From Myxococcota bacterium (lineage in GTDB: Bacteria > Myxococcota_A > UBA796 > CAJQPC01): 64,000 nt of DNA. Below the pieces are notes generated by a model. It was given only the letters and a program-made list of their open reading frames with translations, had not been told where the DNA came from and did no database searches. A program made the translations under genes and the position numbers. The stretch covers positions 1 to 64,000 of the forward strand of contig DASCPX010000137.1 in assembly GCA_036012755.1 (NCBI GenBank), written 5' to 3'. Shown in pieces: positions 29,804 through 38,843 of the stretch (the stretch's first letter is position 1; each line of letters begins with the position of its first letter).

Positions 29804-31278
29804 CACAACTCCACGGCTTCCCAGGGGATGTAGGTGCGGTCGTCCCAGGCAGCGGTCACGCGTGTTGTCGCGTTGTTCCGGATGCGAGTGACCGCGTCGA
29901 AGATCTCTCCGAGGGGGCGGGCGTCTCGCCCTTCGAAGAGGGCCTCGTGGCCGCCCTCGCCCAGGATGAAGGTCGCCACGCAGCCCTCTGCGCGCTCCAG
30001 CAGTGCGCAGATCTCCTCCGGACAGCCCGCGGCGGAAGGAAGGGCGATGACACACTTGATGTCGGGATCCGGCCCGGCGGCGCGAGCCTCGTCGAGGCAG
30101 GTGACCACGCGGACGTTGGCGTCCGGCGCTGGGGGCAGGATGGCCGGCTTGCGGAGCTCCGTGCGCTCCGGCTCTTCCTCCGGAACGGGCTGCACGACCA
30201 GGCAGCGGAAGTAGGTCCCCAAGACCCGGTCCCTGTGGGAGTAGGTCTCATAGGGCGTCGCAGCCTCCTCGCTCGCCACGCTCAGCTGCAGCACGTAGTC
30301 CACGCGGGGGGCCGCCCTGAGCCGGTTGGCCACCTTCTTCGCCAGGGCGATGTAGTCCCTGGGCTCACGCAGCGGTCTGTCGAAGACGAGGCTCTCCAGG
30401 CCATCCGCTTCGTGTTCCGGCCACAGGACCTTCGCCGAGTGGAAGAGCACATCGTCCCCGTCGTGGTCGAGGCGCAACCACACGGTCCGGATGCGCCTGG
30501 CGTGGCCACGGCCCGAGCGGCGGTTGACCGCCAGCCACTGGCGCAGATCTTCGGCGAGGGCGCCCTCCGAGAGATCGTGGAGCTGACTGGCAAGCTCCAG
30601 CAGGTGCCCCTGACCGGCCTGCCGGCGCTTGGCGAAGCCCTTGGCGACGAACTCGAGGGCCTGCTTGTCGCTCTTGTGGGCCAGGAACTCCATGCCCCGG
30701 TCGCCTGCGAGCACCCGCCCGGCGAGGGCCTCCAGGGCTTCTCTGCCGGCTCCCAGGGCGCGCGCATCCACCCTCGAGATCAGGGTCGTCGCCATCAGCA
30801 GCGACCGGTCGCTCTTCTGGGTGTGTTCGAAGACCGAGACGAAGTCCGCTCCGAGCAGCTCCGCGGTCGTCCGGAACGCTCCGCTGCAGATCCGCAGCAT
30901 CTCCTCGATCTCTTCGTAGGTGATCCGGAGCTCGTTGGGGTGGGCGGCGGTGTGTCGGATCCCGTACGCCGTCTGCCAGTAGGTGAGGGTCGGGGGCAGC
31001 GGCCTGCCCTCGTTCCGCGCCCAGTTGACGAGGGACTCGAAGGTCCCCGCCGTCGGCGCCCCGAGGTGTTCGCAGAGTGCGTCGTAGAGGTCCTCTGCGA
31101 ACTTGCCGATCTCCACCGCCGCGTAGCCGGGATGGCCAGCGTTCTGGCATCGCTCAGAGAGCGCGGGCAGCAGGGCGTCGACCATCTCCGGGGGGCCCTC
31201 GACGAGCTTCGGAGGGTAGCAGACGCTCGCAGCGGGGTTCAGCGCCAGGAGGTGGTAGCGAGTCGGTGCTGTTCGCAT
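29803..31278 (-). CDS. VMAP-like protein with putative N-terminal HEPN-like domain
   Basis: Directly upstream of MoxR; C-terminal AAWDD..YIP resembles VMAP-C ends; N-terminal RHTAAH (Rx4H). Confidence 0.7.
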   Translation of the reverse strand: MRTAPTRYHLLALNPAASVCYPPKLVEGPPEMVDALLPALSERCQNAGHPGYAAVEIGKFAEDLYDALCEHLGAPTAGTFESLVNWARNEGRPLPPTLTYWQTAYGIRHTAAHPNELRITYEEIEEMLRICSGAFRTTAELLGADFVSVFEHTQKSDRSLLMATTLISRVDARALGAGREALEALAGRVLAGDRGMEFLAHKSDKQALEFVAKGFAKRRQAGQGHLLELASQLHDLSEGALAEDLRQWLAVNRRSGRGHARRIRTVWLRLDHDGDDVLFHSAKVLWPEHEADGLESLVFDRPLREPRDYIALAKKVANRLRAAPRVDYVLQLSVASEEAATPYETYSHRDRVLGTYFRCLVVQPVPEEEPERTELRKPAILPPAPDANVRVVTCLDEARAAGPDPDIKCVIALPSAAGCPEEICALLERAEGCVATFILGEGGHEALFEGRDARPLGEIFDAVTRIRNNATTRVTAAWDDRTYIPWEAVEL

Positions 31279-31279
31279 G

Positions 31280-31993
31280 TCATCGGAGAGCCCCCTCCGT
31301 GAGCCTCCGGACAGTCCAGGCCCTGACGCCGAGCTCGTCGACGAGGAAGCTCCGGTAGTGAGGGGGCTGGCGCTCCGCGAGGGTGGTCATGACCTGGTAC
31401 AGCCGGGTCCCTCGTGGGTGGCTCGCCAGCACATGAGCCAGCGCGATCTGCACCAGGGCCTCCTCGCTGCGCTTGCCCGCGGCTCCGGTGCTCGCGACCC
31501 CGTGGGCAGCGTGGAGGAGCTCGTGCATCCAGACGAGCTCCGCGACATCGGCGAGCTCCCACTGCTCGGGCAGATCGATCGACAGCTCCCAGATCTGCTC
31601 CAACCGAGCGGGACAGAGCGCGACCACGGGGGCCCCGGCGAAGGGTGGGAGCTCGGGGAAGTGGTGCTGCAGGCCGGCGGTCCGCCCCAGCCGAGTGAAG
31701 ACCCCTGCCGCCGCGAAGCGCCGCAGATCGGGCAGGAGTTCCCTGAGCACGTTGTCCCGCTCCAGGGGGTCGATCGGGAGGTCCATCTCGCCCGAGGCCA
31801 TGAGCCGAGGCGGGTAGAGCCGGTCCATGAGCTGCTCGTCGACCAGCCAGGTGACGGGGAAGGGGCGAGGCAGCAGGTGGCGCTCGCAGAGGACCTCACG
31901 GAGCTCCGGCGAGCGCTTGTCGAGCTCGGTGACGAGGTGCGCGGCGAGGGCGTCTCCACGCAGCGAAGCCTGGGTGATCATCAGACCCACCAC
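31280..31993 (-). CDS. Putative zincin-like metallopeptidase
   Basis: HELLH (HExxH) followed by SEEALVQ. Exact start uncertain. Confidence 0.65.
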   Translation of the reverse strand: MVGLMITQASLRGDALAAHLVTELDKRSPELREVLCERHLLPRPFPVTWLVDEQLMDRLYPPRLMASGEMDLPIDPLERDNVLRELLPDLRRFAAAGVFTRLGRTAGLQHHFPELPPFAGAPVVALCPARLEQIWELSIDLPEQWELADVAELVWMHELLHAAHGVASTGAAGKRSEEALVQIALAHVLASHPRGTRLYQVMTTLAERQPPHYRSFLVDELGVRAWTVRRLTEGALR

Positions 31994-32748
31994 GGCCTCC
32001 GTCGGTTGGGGTCCTCGCGCTTGCCGGTGAGCCAGGGGAGGTCCTCGGTCGTCAGCGGGGGCAGGTCGCCGAACCAGGGCATGCCGGGGACCTCGGCTCG
32101 CGAGTCCAGGTCGTAGTAGCGAAGGCGCAGGTTCTTTGCGATGTTCCAGGCGAGGTCGTTGCGCCGGATCAGCTCGGCGAGCTCCTCGTCGACGTCGTCG
32201 TAGTACTGACCCCAGGACCCCTCCTCACGGAGCTCCGGCAACAGATCGGCTGCCTCGTGGGTCACGGCTCTGCACTCGTTGCGCAGGCGGATGACCTCTG
32301 CGAGCTCCTCGATGTCGTCCTCGGGCACGAGCGGAAGGACCCAGGGGCGCTCCTCGGCGACCGACACCAGCTCCTGGGTGCGGCCACGGATGTTCCTCTC
32401 GGTGAGCTGGTGGTGGAGCAGGCCCACGAGCTCGTCGGGGTCGAGCAGGCCCTCGAGGGTCTCTGTCTGCAGCAGCTCCTCCCACCTCCTCCCAGAGTCC
32501 TGGAGTCGATGGAGGATCCTCCTGCGCTCCGCATCGTCGGTCCAGCGGGTCAGCGCCGAGCGAGCAACGGCCAGGCTCTGGCGCACGTAGCTGCGTTCTC
32601 TGAGTACACCCCAGAGGGCCGCGCTTCGCCGAAGTCCGGGCCGGCCGTAGGCGAACCAGCACCAGCGCTTGCGAAGGCTCGCGAGCTCTCCGAGGTCCGC
32701 CAGGGCCAGGCCGAGCTGGTGCTCGTGCTTGCGCGTCAGTCGCGCCAT
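31981..32748 (-). CDS. Hypothetical helical protein
   Basis: AGGAGG upstream of ATG at 32748; overlaps both neighbours. Confidence 0.7.
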   Translation of the reverse strand: MARLTRKHEHQLGLALADLGELASLRKRWCWFAYGRPGLRRSAALWGVLRERSYVRQSLAVARSALTRWTDDAERRRILHRLQDSGRRWEELLQTETLEGLLDPDELVGLLHHQLTERNIRGRTQELVSVAEERPWVLPLVPEDDIEELAEVIRLRNECRAVTHEAADLLPELREEGSWGQYYDDVDEELAELIRRNDLAWNIAKNLRLRYYDLDSRAEVPGMPWFGDLPPLTTEDLPWLTGKREDPNRRRPWWV

Positions 32749-33749
32749 GTGTCCTCCTGGTGGTAGACCTCGACGCCGGGCTCGGGGTGTCGTCCCAGCC
32801 ACTTCGCGAAGTCGTCGATGGCGGCGGTCACTGCGAGGGGGTTGTAGGTGCGGCGGCGCTCATCGGCCTCGAGCCGCTTCTCCAGGGCTCCCACCCCCTG
32901 GACGGGGCGGTAGCAGGTCCGGAGCTGGAAGAGGCGTCGCTTCTCCGGTGACAGGGACAGGGTGACGCCGTCGTCGTCGATGTAGCACTCGTTCTGGAGG
33001 CGACCGCGGGATCGCAACGAGTAGACGCAGTGTCGAGGTCGGAGCCCGGCTTGTTCCGCGGCTCGCCAGATCCGGTCTTCGTAGGCGGCGATGACAGCTG
33101 TCCCCGCCAGGCGGGCCTCGATGTGATCGAGCCAGCCTTCGATCCAGAGGCCGCGAGGTGGACTCTGCATGAAGCGGAAGGCCCTGCCCAGGGAGCGCCT
33201 CGCCGACTGGGACAGGCTGCGGTCGATCCAGGCGCAGAGTTCCATGAAGCGGGGGTCAGCAGCGGCCTCCTCGGTCAGGGCTCGGTCGCGGCGCAGAGCC
33301 TCTCGCACGTGCTCCCAGAGCCCTTCCCGGCAGAGCAGTCGCGCTCGCCTGCGCGCGGCCTTCGGCAGGCCAGCGGTGTTCCCCAGGATGTGCAAGCGCG
33401 CGTCATCGTTGGGGGATTCGTCCAGGAAGGCCAGGGTCACGTCGTCGAGGTCCAGCGGATGGCGGGCCAGCAGGACCTGGTGCGTGAAGAGCAGCTCGGG
33501 CTGTTGGCTGAGGGCCACGGCGCGCTCGTGGGCCTCCAGCACGTCTTGTGTGCAGGAGGTCCAGGTTCGCATCGTGTCGACCCAGCTCCGATCCAGCGTC
33601 GGCAGGTTCATCTCCAGGACCTCGCCCCAGTCCTCGCTGTCGCGCAGGACGTGCTTCAAGACGTGTCCCAGGAGCGCGGACCGGGGCATGGGCTGGACGT
33701 GGCGGAGGCTCAGCCGACCATCAGCCGTGCGACGGGGGAAGTCCTTCAC
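32736..33749 (-). CDS. Hypothetical protein, candidate toxin RNase
   Basis: GTGA overlap with the upstream gene; HVLKH near the N-terminus and LRTCYRP near the C-terminus. Confidence 0.65.
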   Translation of the reverse strand: MKDFPRRTADGRLSLRHVQPMPRSALLGHVLKHVLRDSEDWGEVLEMNLPTLDRSWVDTMRTWTSCTQDVLEAHERAVALSQQPELLFTHQVLLARHPLDLDDVTLAFLDESPNDDARLHILGNTAGLPKAARRRARLLCREGLWEHVREALRRDRALTEEAAADPRFMELCAWIDRSLSQSARRSLGRAFRFMQSPPRGLWIEGWLDHIEARLAGTAVIAAYEDRIWRAAEQAGLRPRHCVYSLRSRGRLQNECYIDDDGVTLSLSPEKRRLFQLRTCYRPVQGVGALEKRLEADERRRTYNPLAVTAAIDDFAKWLGRHPEPGVEVYHQEDTWRD

Positions 33750-34273
33750 GAGGCTCCCCACCAGGCACCCTCTGCCTTCTTCGCGGCGAGGAGTCGTGGA
33801 TGTTCCAGGTCGAAACGCCGGGCCTGCAGTCGTCGGTCGAGGTCGTGGAAGCATGGAGCCGAGGCGCCGACATTGCGCAGCGCCACCGCCAGGCTCTCGA
33901 GCTCGTCTCGGCGCAGCAGGGCAGCGGGGTCCTCTGTATCCAGGGCCTCGGCTCGCTCGCCCACCTCGGCCACGAGGGCCGCGCGTTGCCGCTGGTCGAG
34001 GCGAGCCCACCAGTCGACGAGCTCGTTTCGCGAGGGCATGCCCTGGCCGGCGAGGAGTTGTCGCAGGCGGTCTCGGCGGCCCTCGGGGCTGGTCGCCCTG
34101 TCGAAGCGCTCGGCATGGCCCAGGGCCAGCAGGCCTCCGACCATGGTGCCTTCGGATAAAGCGACCTCGAGCTCGGCGTTGAGCCAGGTGGGAGCGTCCG
34201 GACAGAGCAGGTCCGGCCCGCGGAGTCCATTGGGCTCGGCGGGCTGGGAGTGCAGGCGGTCTATGTCAGTCAT
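33746..34273 (-). CDS. Hypothetical protein, candidate anti-sigma partner
   Basis: Overlaps the sigma-like gene; helical, RRDELES ... WW. Function inferred from position only. Confidence 0.65.
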   Translation of the reverse strand: MTDIDRLHSQPAEPNGLRGPDLLCPDAPTWLNAELEVALSEGTMVGGLLALGHAERFDRATSPEGRRDRLRQLLAGQGMPSRNELVDWWARLDQRQRAALVAEVGERAEALDTEDPAALLRRDELESLAVALRNVGASAPCFHDLDRRLQARRFDLEHPRLLAAKKAEGAWWGAS

Positions 34274-35438
34274 TTCGGGTCTCCAGTACCCCGGCGACCA
34301 CGGCGTGGACCGTGTCGACCGGGTCTTCGTCTTCCTGCACGGACCGAGCCCGGAACCTGGTGTGGAGGAGGTAGGTGGCCAGCAGGCGCCAGGCCTGCTC
34401 TGCGTCGCGGTCCATGACGCGCTCTCGCCAGCTCGCCAGCACGGGCACCAGCTCTGCGCCTCCGGCGATCGCGAGCACGATCCGAGCTGCTTCGGTCCAG
34501 CGGAAGCCTCGTCGGACCAGCTCCAGCAGCAGGCTGGAGGGTGCCTCGACCAGGGGGGCCATGAGCAGCTCGATGGCGCTCTCCCGTGCCCGGCGGTCCG
34601 TGCGGTTCAGCGGGTCTCCCCGGCGCACGCGCTCGGAGAGGGCGGAGAGGGCTCTCCACTGACCCCTGGCCCGGGGGCGGGTCTTGGCAGCCTCTCGGAG
34701 GAAGGGGCCGATCAGCCAGGTCTCCACTGCGTCCTCGAGCGTGGTCGAGCCGAGGCTCGCCAGGATCTCCAGCTGCGCGCGCTCGTTCCAGCGGGCCTCG
34801 AGCTCTGAGTCGGGAGAGGAGGACGATGAGCAGGTCATGGCCTCCTCGCGCTCGCGGTCGGTGTGGTCCCGGGCGGCGATCTCCAGCGAGCCGGGGCCCG
34901 ACATCCTGTCGGTCAGCTGCTCGCTTCCGCCGCCCTTGGCTCGCCAGGCTCGGCTGAGCTCCTTCTGGATCGCGGTCCGGTAGTAGGACCGCAGGCGACC
35001 CGGGGTCGCTCCGTTGTGTCCGTGGCTGGTGGGGCAGCCCGGCACGCCGTCGAGGTAGCACGACGTCAGCAGCGCCTCGTGCGGCTCGCTGTCGTGGACG
35101 CAGGCCAGCACGTCGTCCAGGGGCACCTGGCGCAGTCCAGCGGAGGCCACGTCCTCGAGCACCTTGTCGCTCGGCCAGGCTTCTCCTTCCTTCGGCGTGG
35201 CGTTGGCCAGGCGGCCCAGGACCATCTGGCGCGTTCGGAAGAGGTTCAGCTGCGCCGTCTGGACGGCGTCCTCGAGGTCCACCCCCATGCTGATCGCTTC
35301 CGCCTTCAGCGAGGCTCCCAGCCTGCGGAACTCCGTGTCGATCGTCGCCCACGCTCCCAGGCGGTCGCGGCGGGCGTCGAAGTCGGGCTTCGACACCTCT
35401 CGCAGAGCGGTGACGAGGTCCAGGGTGGTTGCGTTCAA
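34266..35438 (-). CDS. Divergent ECF sigma-70-like protein
   Basis: GGAGGTG RBS plus TTG; region-2-like DLEDAVQTAQLNLF and LRSYYRTAIQKELSRAWR, separated by an insertion. Confidence 0.6.
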   Translation of the reverse strand: MNATTLDLVTALREVSKPDFDARRDRLGAWATIDTEFRRLGASLKAEAISMGVDLEDAVQTAQLNLFRTRQMVLGRLANATPKEGEAWPSDKVLEDVASAGLRQVPLDDVLACVHDSEPHEALLTSCYLDGVPGCPTSHGHNGATPGRLRSYYRTAIQKELSRAWRAKGGGSEQLTDRMSGPGSLEIAARDHTDREREEAMTCSSSSSPDSELEARWNERAQLEILASLGSTTLEDAVETWLIGPFLREAAKTRPRARGQWRALSALSERVRRGDPLNRTDRRARESAIELLMAPLVEAPSSLLLELVRRGFRWTEAARIVLAIAGGAELVPVLASWRERVMDRDAEQAWRLLATYLLHTRFRARSVQEDEDPVDTVHAVVAGVLETRND

Positions 35439-35464
35439 GACACCTCCGAGAGGGATGAGGGGAG

Positions 35465-35500
35465 CCCTTCGTCCACCGGACAGTTCGTGGGGACGAAGGG
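35465..35500. promoter_or_regulatory. Hairpin in the 5' leader of the sigma-like gene
   Basis: CCCTTCGTCC (35465-35474) pairs with GGACGAAGGG (35491-35500). Confidence 0.5.
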
Positions 35501-35532
35501 GGAGGCGTGACCTCCGACCTCTCAGGGGGTGT

Positions 35533-35564
35533 GGGCTCCAGGATCCGGATGAAAAAAACTGGAC
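35533..35564 (-). promoter_or_regulatory. Conserved upstream motif A (candidate ECF promoter)
   Basis: 27/32 identical to 37966..37997; intergenic; ~100 nt upstream of the 35438 start. Confidence 0.7.
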
Positions 35565-35581
35565 TCAGCTGTGAACCCGCC

Positions 35582-37675
35582 TCAGTAGCCGATCTGTGAG
35601 GCCATCTCGGACAGGCCGTCGGCCTCGGACTCGACCGCCTCGATCCAGGCGGCGAGGACCTCGTCGATCCTGGTTGCGAATGACGGCAGGTCCCCTCGGT
35701 AGCGCCGCGCTGCCTGGAGGAAGCCCTTCTTCTTCTTCGGGCGGCGACCCAGCAGCAGGTCCGCTCGTGGATGGTGGGCCGCGACCTCCAGCCACGCGGC
35801 GAGGCCCACGAGCTCGAGCACGGTCGTGCTCGGGAGCTTCAAGAGGGCCGTGAGCGTGCGCTCCGCAGCCGCGGGGTCTCCGGTCTCGGCCTGCAGCGCC
35901 GCCAGCTGCCGGCGGATGCCATGGGCCGGGTAGCCGAGCCCGGCCTCTGTGACCCAGGAGTCCCCGGCGCAGCGAAGGCCGAGGGGGTCCCTGGCGATGC
36001 GGGTCAGGCGCAGGAAGTGCAGCAGCGCGAAGCCCCGGGGAAAGCCTGGCAGTCCCTCGATGTGGTCCAGGATCATCTCCCGGGTCGCGGTGGGCTCCAT
36101 GCCGATGCCTCGAGCCAACCAGGCTCCGGCCTCGTCGAGGTTTCCGGCCCAGGTCTCGAGCTGGGCCCGGTACTGGCACTGGCGCTGGATCTGCGTCGGC
36201 TCGCCGAACTCGGAGAGCGCCTGCTCGGAGAGCGCCCGGGCCTTCTCGAAGCGCGAGGGGTCCCGCAGGCCAGCGTACATCTCGGCCTGCAGCTGGGTCC
36301 CCAGGGCCTTCGCCCGCTGGGCGGAGTGCTGCACGACTCCCTCGACGAGATCCGCTGCGAAGGCGGCGAGTCCCTCGTGGTGGGCCTGGAGGTTGGACAT
36401 CGCCGTCGACGCCACGTCGTGCTCCAGGCAGTCCGTGTGGTGAACGGCCTTGGCGACCAGGGCCTCGCTCACGAGCTCGAGGTGCTCCTGCCGAGCCAGG
36501 ACCGAGGGCAACAGCGCCTCCACGCGGTGGACGTGGCCCCGTGCGTCCTCGAGGCGGCCGTCGTGGTTCGCCGCCGTCAGGCGCCAGCGGCACAGTGCCA
36601 GCTCGAAGGCTGGAAGGCTCGGGCCCTCGACCCGCCCTTGGAGGCCCTCGACCAGGGTCCGACTCAGCCAGGTGGCGACTCGCTCTCCGACCACCAGGTC
36701 CCGTTGGGTCTCGATGATCGTGTCGAGCCAGTGCTCGAGCTGCTGGAGCTGCACGGCCCTGGCGGGTCCGCCCATCTGTGCGAGTCGCGCCAGGGCAGGC
36801 TCGATTCGTCTTTGCGCTGCCCTGCGGAAGCCCTCGGTCGTGCTCTCGGCCACGAGCATCGGCGTGAGGAGCTGCAGCGCTCGGGCGACGGCCCCATCGG
36901 CCAGGGCCTCGTCGGCCTGCTCCACGAGCGGTCGCACCTCCAGGCTCCAGTCGGTCTCGCCGAAGGCCCTGCGCAGGGCCTCCTCTGCCCTGGGCTGTAA
37001 GGGGGAGAAGTCGTCGTGGCTGCCGTGGCTCAGGAAGTCGGCCAGCTGTAGGCCCCGGTCCTTCACAGAGCGGAGCTGCACGCGAACCGACCAGCCAGCG
37101 GCCTCTTCCGCCAGTCCGCGTCGGATTGCCGTGAAGCCCAGGTGCTCCCGCACTCGGCGCTGGAAGTCCTCTTCCTTCATCAGCTCGGGGATGTCGAGCT
37201 CCTCGTCGACGGTTCCGATGCGCACGTTCCCGCAGATCACTCGCAGCTCGACGCGCTCGGCTCCCTTGCGCCGGTGGTGATCCAGCAGGCGCACGACGAG
37301 CTCGGCGACGGCGTTGGTCTGGTTGGCGACCCGGTCTCCCCAGCTCACTCCTTCCAGGTTCGCCAGCCGCACCGCTCTCCAGCCTCGCACCTCCAGGGCC
37401 GCCTCCAGCTTCGGGAACGCGGCCTGGTAGCGGCCAGGATCCTTCTGCTTGAGGTCCACGGCGTGCGCGATCGCCGGGAGCTGGCCGCCGAGGATCTGTC
37501 GGAGCACCTGCTCGGCGTCGCGCTTGAGCTCGCCTGCCGGGGCGCAGACCCCCGCCAGCTGCGAGGGAAAGCGCCGCCGGGACAGATCGGCGCTCAGCTT
37601 TTCTCGAGGTTCCGTCGAGGTCTCTGAGAACTGTCCGCTCTCGTCGAGGAACAGCTCCAGCTTCAAGACGGCCAC
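35582..37675 (-). CDS. DUF3800-like (RNase H-fold) domain fused to a TPR-like helical region
   Basis: N-terminal LFLDESG and later LQLADFLSH; helical-repeat C-terminal two-thirds. Start uncertain (GTG 37675 chosen). Confidence 0.72.
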   Translation of the reverse strand: MAVLKLELFLDESGQFSETSTEPREKLSADLSRRRFPSQLAGVCAPAGELKRDAEQVLRQILGGQLPAIAHAVDLKQKDPGRYQAAFPKLEAALEVRGWRAVRLANLEGVSWGDRVANQTNAVAELVVRLLDHHRRKGAERVELRVICGNVRIGTVDEELDIPELMKEEDFQRRVREHLGFTAIRRGLAEEAAGWSVRVQLRSVKDRGLQLADFLSHGSHDDFSPLQPRAEEALRRAFGETDWSLEVRPLVEQADEALADGAVARALQLLTPMLVAESTTEGFRRAAQRRIEPALARLAQMGGPARAVQLQQLEHWLDTIIETQRDLVVGERVATWLSRTLVEGLQGRVEGPSLPAFELALCRWRLTAANHDGRLEDARGHVHRVEALLPSVLARQEHLELVSEALVAKAVHHTDCLEHDVASTAMSNLQAHHEGLAAFAADLVEGVVQHSAQRAKALGTQLQAEMYAGLRDPSRFEKARALSEQALSEFGEPTQIQRQCQYRAQLETWAGNLDEAGAWLARGIGMEPTATREMILDHIEGLPGFPRGFALLHFLRLTRIARDPLGLRCAGDSWVTEAGLGYPAHGIRRQLAALQAETGDPAAAERTLTALLKLPSTTVLELVGLAAWLEVAAHHPRADLLLGRRPKKKKGFLQAARRYRGDLPSFATRIDEVLAAWIEAVESEADGLSEMASQIGY

Positions 37676-37704
37676 GGGGTGGAGACTACCGCCCCGCCCT
37701 TCGC

Positions 37705-37902
37705 TCAGGGGTTCACGTCGATGTCGAAACATCCGGGCTGCTCCGGGCACTCGTCCCAGTTCTCCGTGTCCCCGTGGAGGGGGCGGAGGGCGCCGAGGAT
37801 GACTCCGTCCTCTTCCATGGCTCGCGCGGCCTCGACCAGGTCCAGCTGGCGGTAGCCGTTGGCGCGGTTGAGGCGGAGCACGATCTTGGATTCGAGGTCC
37901 AT
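37705..37902 (-). CDS. Small protein (65 aa)
   Basis: AAGGAGA RBS just upstream of ATG; first gene downstream of motif B. Confidence 0.7.
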   Translation of the reverse strand: MDLESKIVLRLNRANGYRQLDLVEAARAMEEDGVILGALRPLHGDTENWDECPEQPGCFDIDVNP

Positions 37903-37965
37903 GTCTTCTCCTTTTGGGTGTGTCGGCAGCGGCCCATCCGTTGCTTCCACCCTTTCTGGAGGAGC

Positions 37966-37997
37966 GGGCTCCGGGATCCGGACAAAGAAATCTGGAC
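37966..37997 (-). promoter_or_regulatory. Conserved upstream motif B (candidate ECF promoter)
   Basis: Repeat of motif A, in the divergent intergenic region. Confidence 0.7.
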
Positions 37998-38018
37998 GAC
38001 CCGTGTTTTCATTGGCCG

Positions 38019-38843
38019 GTGCCTGTCGATCTGGCCACGCTCGCGCCGCTGTTGCGGGGGACCTATGGGGGTCGAGATGCGGCCGCGGCGGTGATCTGGG
38101 AGCACGGCCTCCCCACGATCCAGCGCATCGCGAGGAGGCTGCACCAGAAGAGCCCTGGTTTCTTCTCGCGGCATGTCGGCAACGCCGAGGCCCTGGGCAT
38201 GGAAGCGGTGTCGGAGCTCATCCGCCGGGCCGAGGAGGAGCAGGGCCTGCCGCTCGACAACAACTGGGCTCGCGGCGACAGCTACCTCGCGCGCGCGACC
38301 CTGGACACCATCCGGGCCCTCGCGAAGCGGTACCGCCTCCAGGAAAAGCGGGAGTCCAGCGCGGCTGGCGAGCCCGAGCTCGAGCTCGACCGACCCTGGT
38401 TCGACCGCGTGGGCACGCACGATCGGTTGCGGTCGAGGCTGCACACCGACGAGCCCTTGAGCCGGGACCGGGCCCTGGGCCTGCTGGTCGAGGTCCTTGC
38501 CGCAGTGAAGGGCTTCAAGGCCCTGGCATACCTGCTGGACCGCTTCCCCCCTGGCGTGGATCGCCCCCTGGTCTCGCGGGCCTCGTCGGACTCCACCGCC
38601 ACCCGGGGCCTGGCCCGCCCGGAGCCCGAGACCTGGGAGCTCCTGGTGGACTGGCGCGAGCGCCATGGGCGGCTCACCGTCTTCGCCGCAAACCGAGGTG
38701 TCGCCTGGGTCCTTCGCACATCCGATCAGACGAACGCCGAGACCTTCTACCTCAAGCACCGGGCGGCCATGACCACCGCCATGGACGCGGTCCTGTGCTG
38801 GCGCAGGGACGTCGAGGCCCGGCTTGGGGAGGCGCTGTCGTGA
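38019..38843 (+). CDS. Divergent ECF sigma-70-like protein
   Basis: Region-2-like IQRIARRL..NAEALGMEAVSELI..SYLARATLDTIRALAKRYR; degenerate region-4-like ETFYLKHRAAM. Start uncertain. Confidence 0.55.
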   Translation: MPVDLATLAPLLRGTYGGRDAAAAVIWEHGLPTIQRIARRLHQKSPGFFSRHVGNAEALGMEAVSELIRRAEEEQGLPLDNNWARGDSYLARATLDTIRALAKRYRLQEKRESSAAGEPELELDRPWFDRVGTHDRLRSRLHTDEPLSRDRALGLLVEVLAAVKGFKALAYLLDRFPPGVDRPLVSRASSDSTATRGLARPEPETWELLVDWRERHGRLTVFAANRGVAWVLRTSDQTNAETFYLKHRAAMTTAMDAVLCWRRDVEARLGEALS

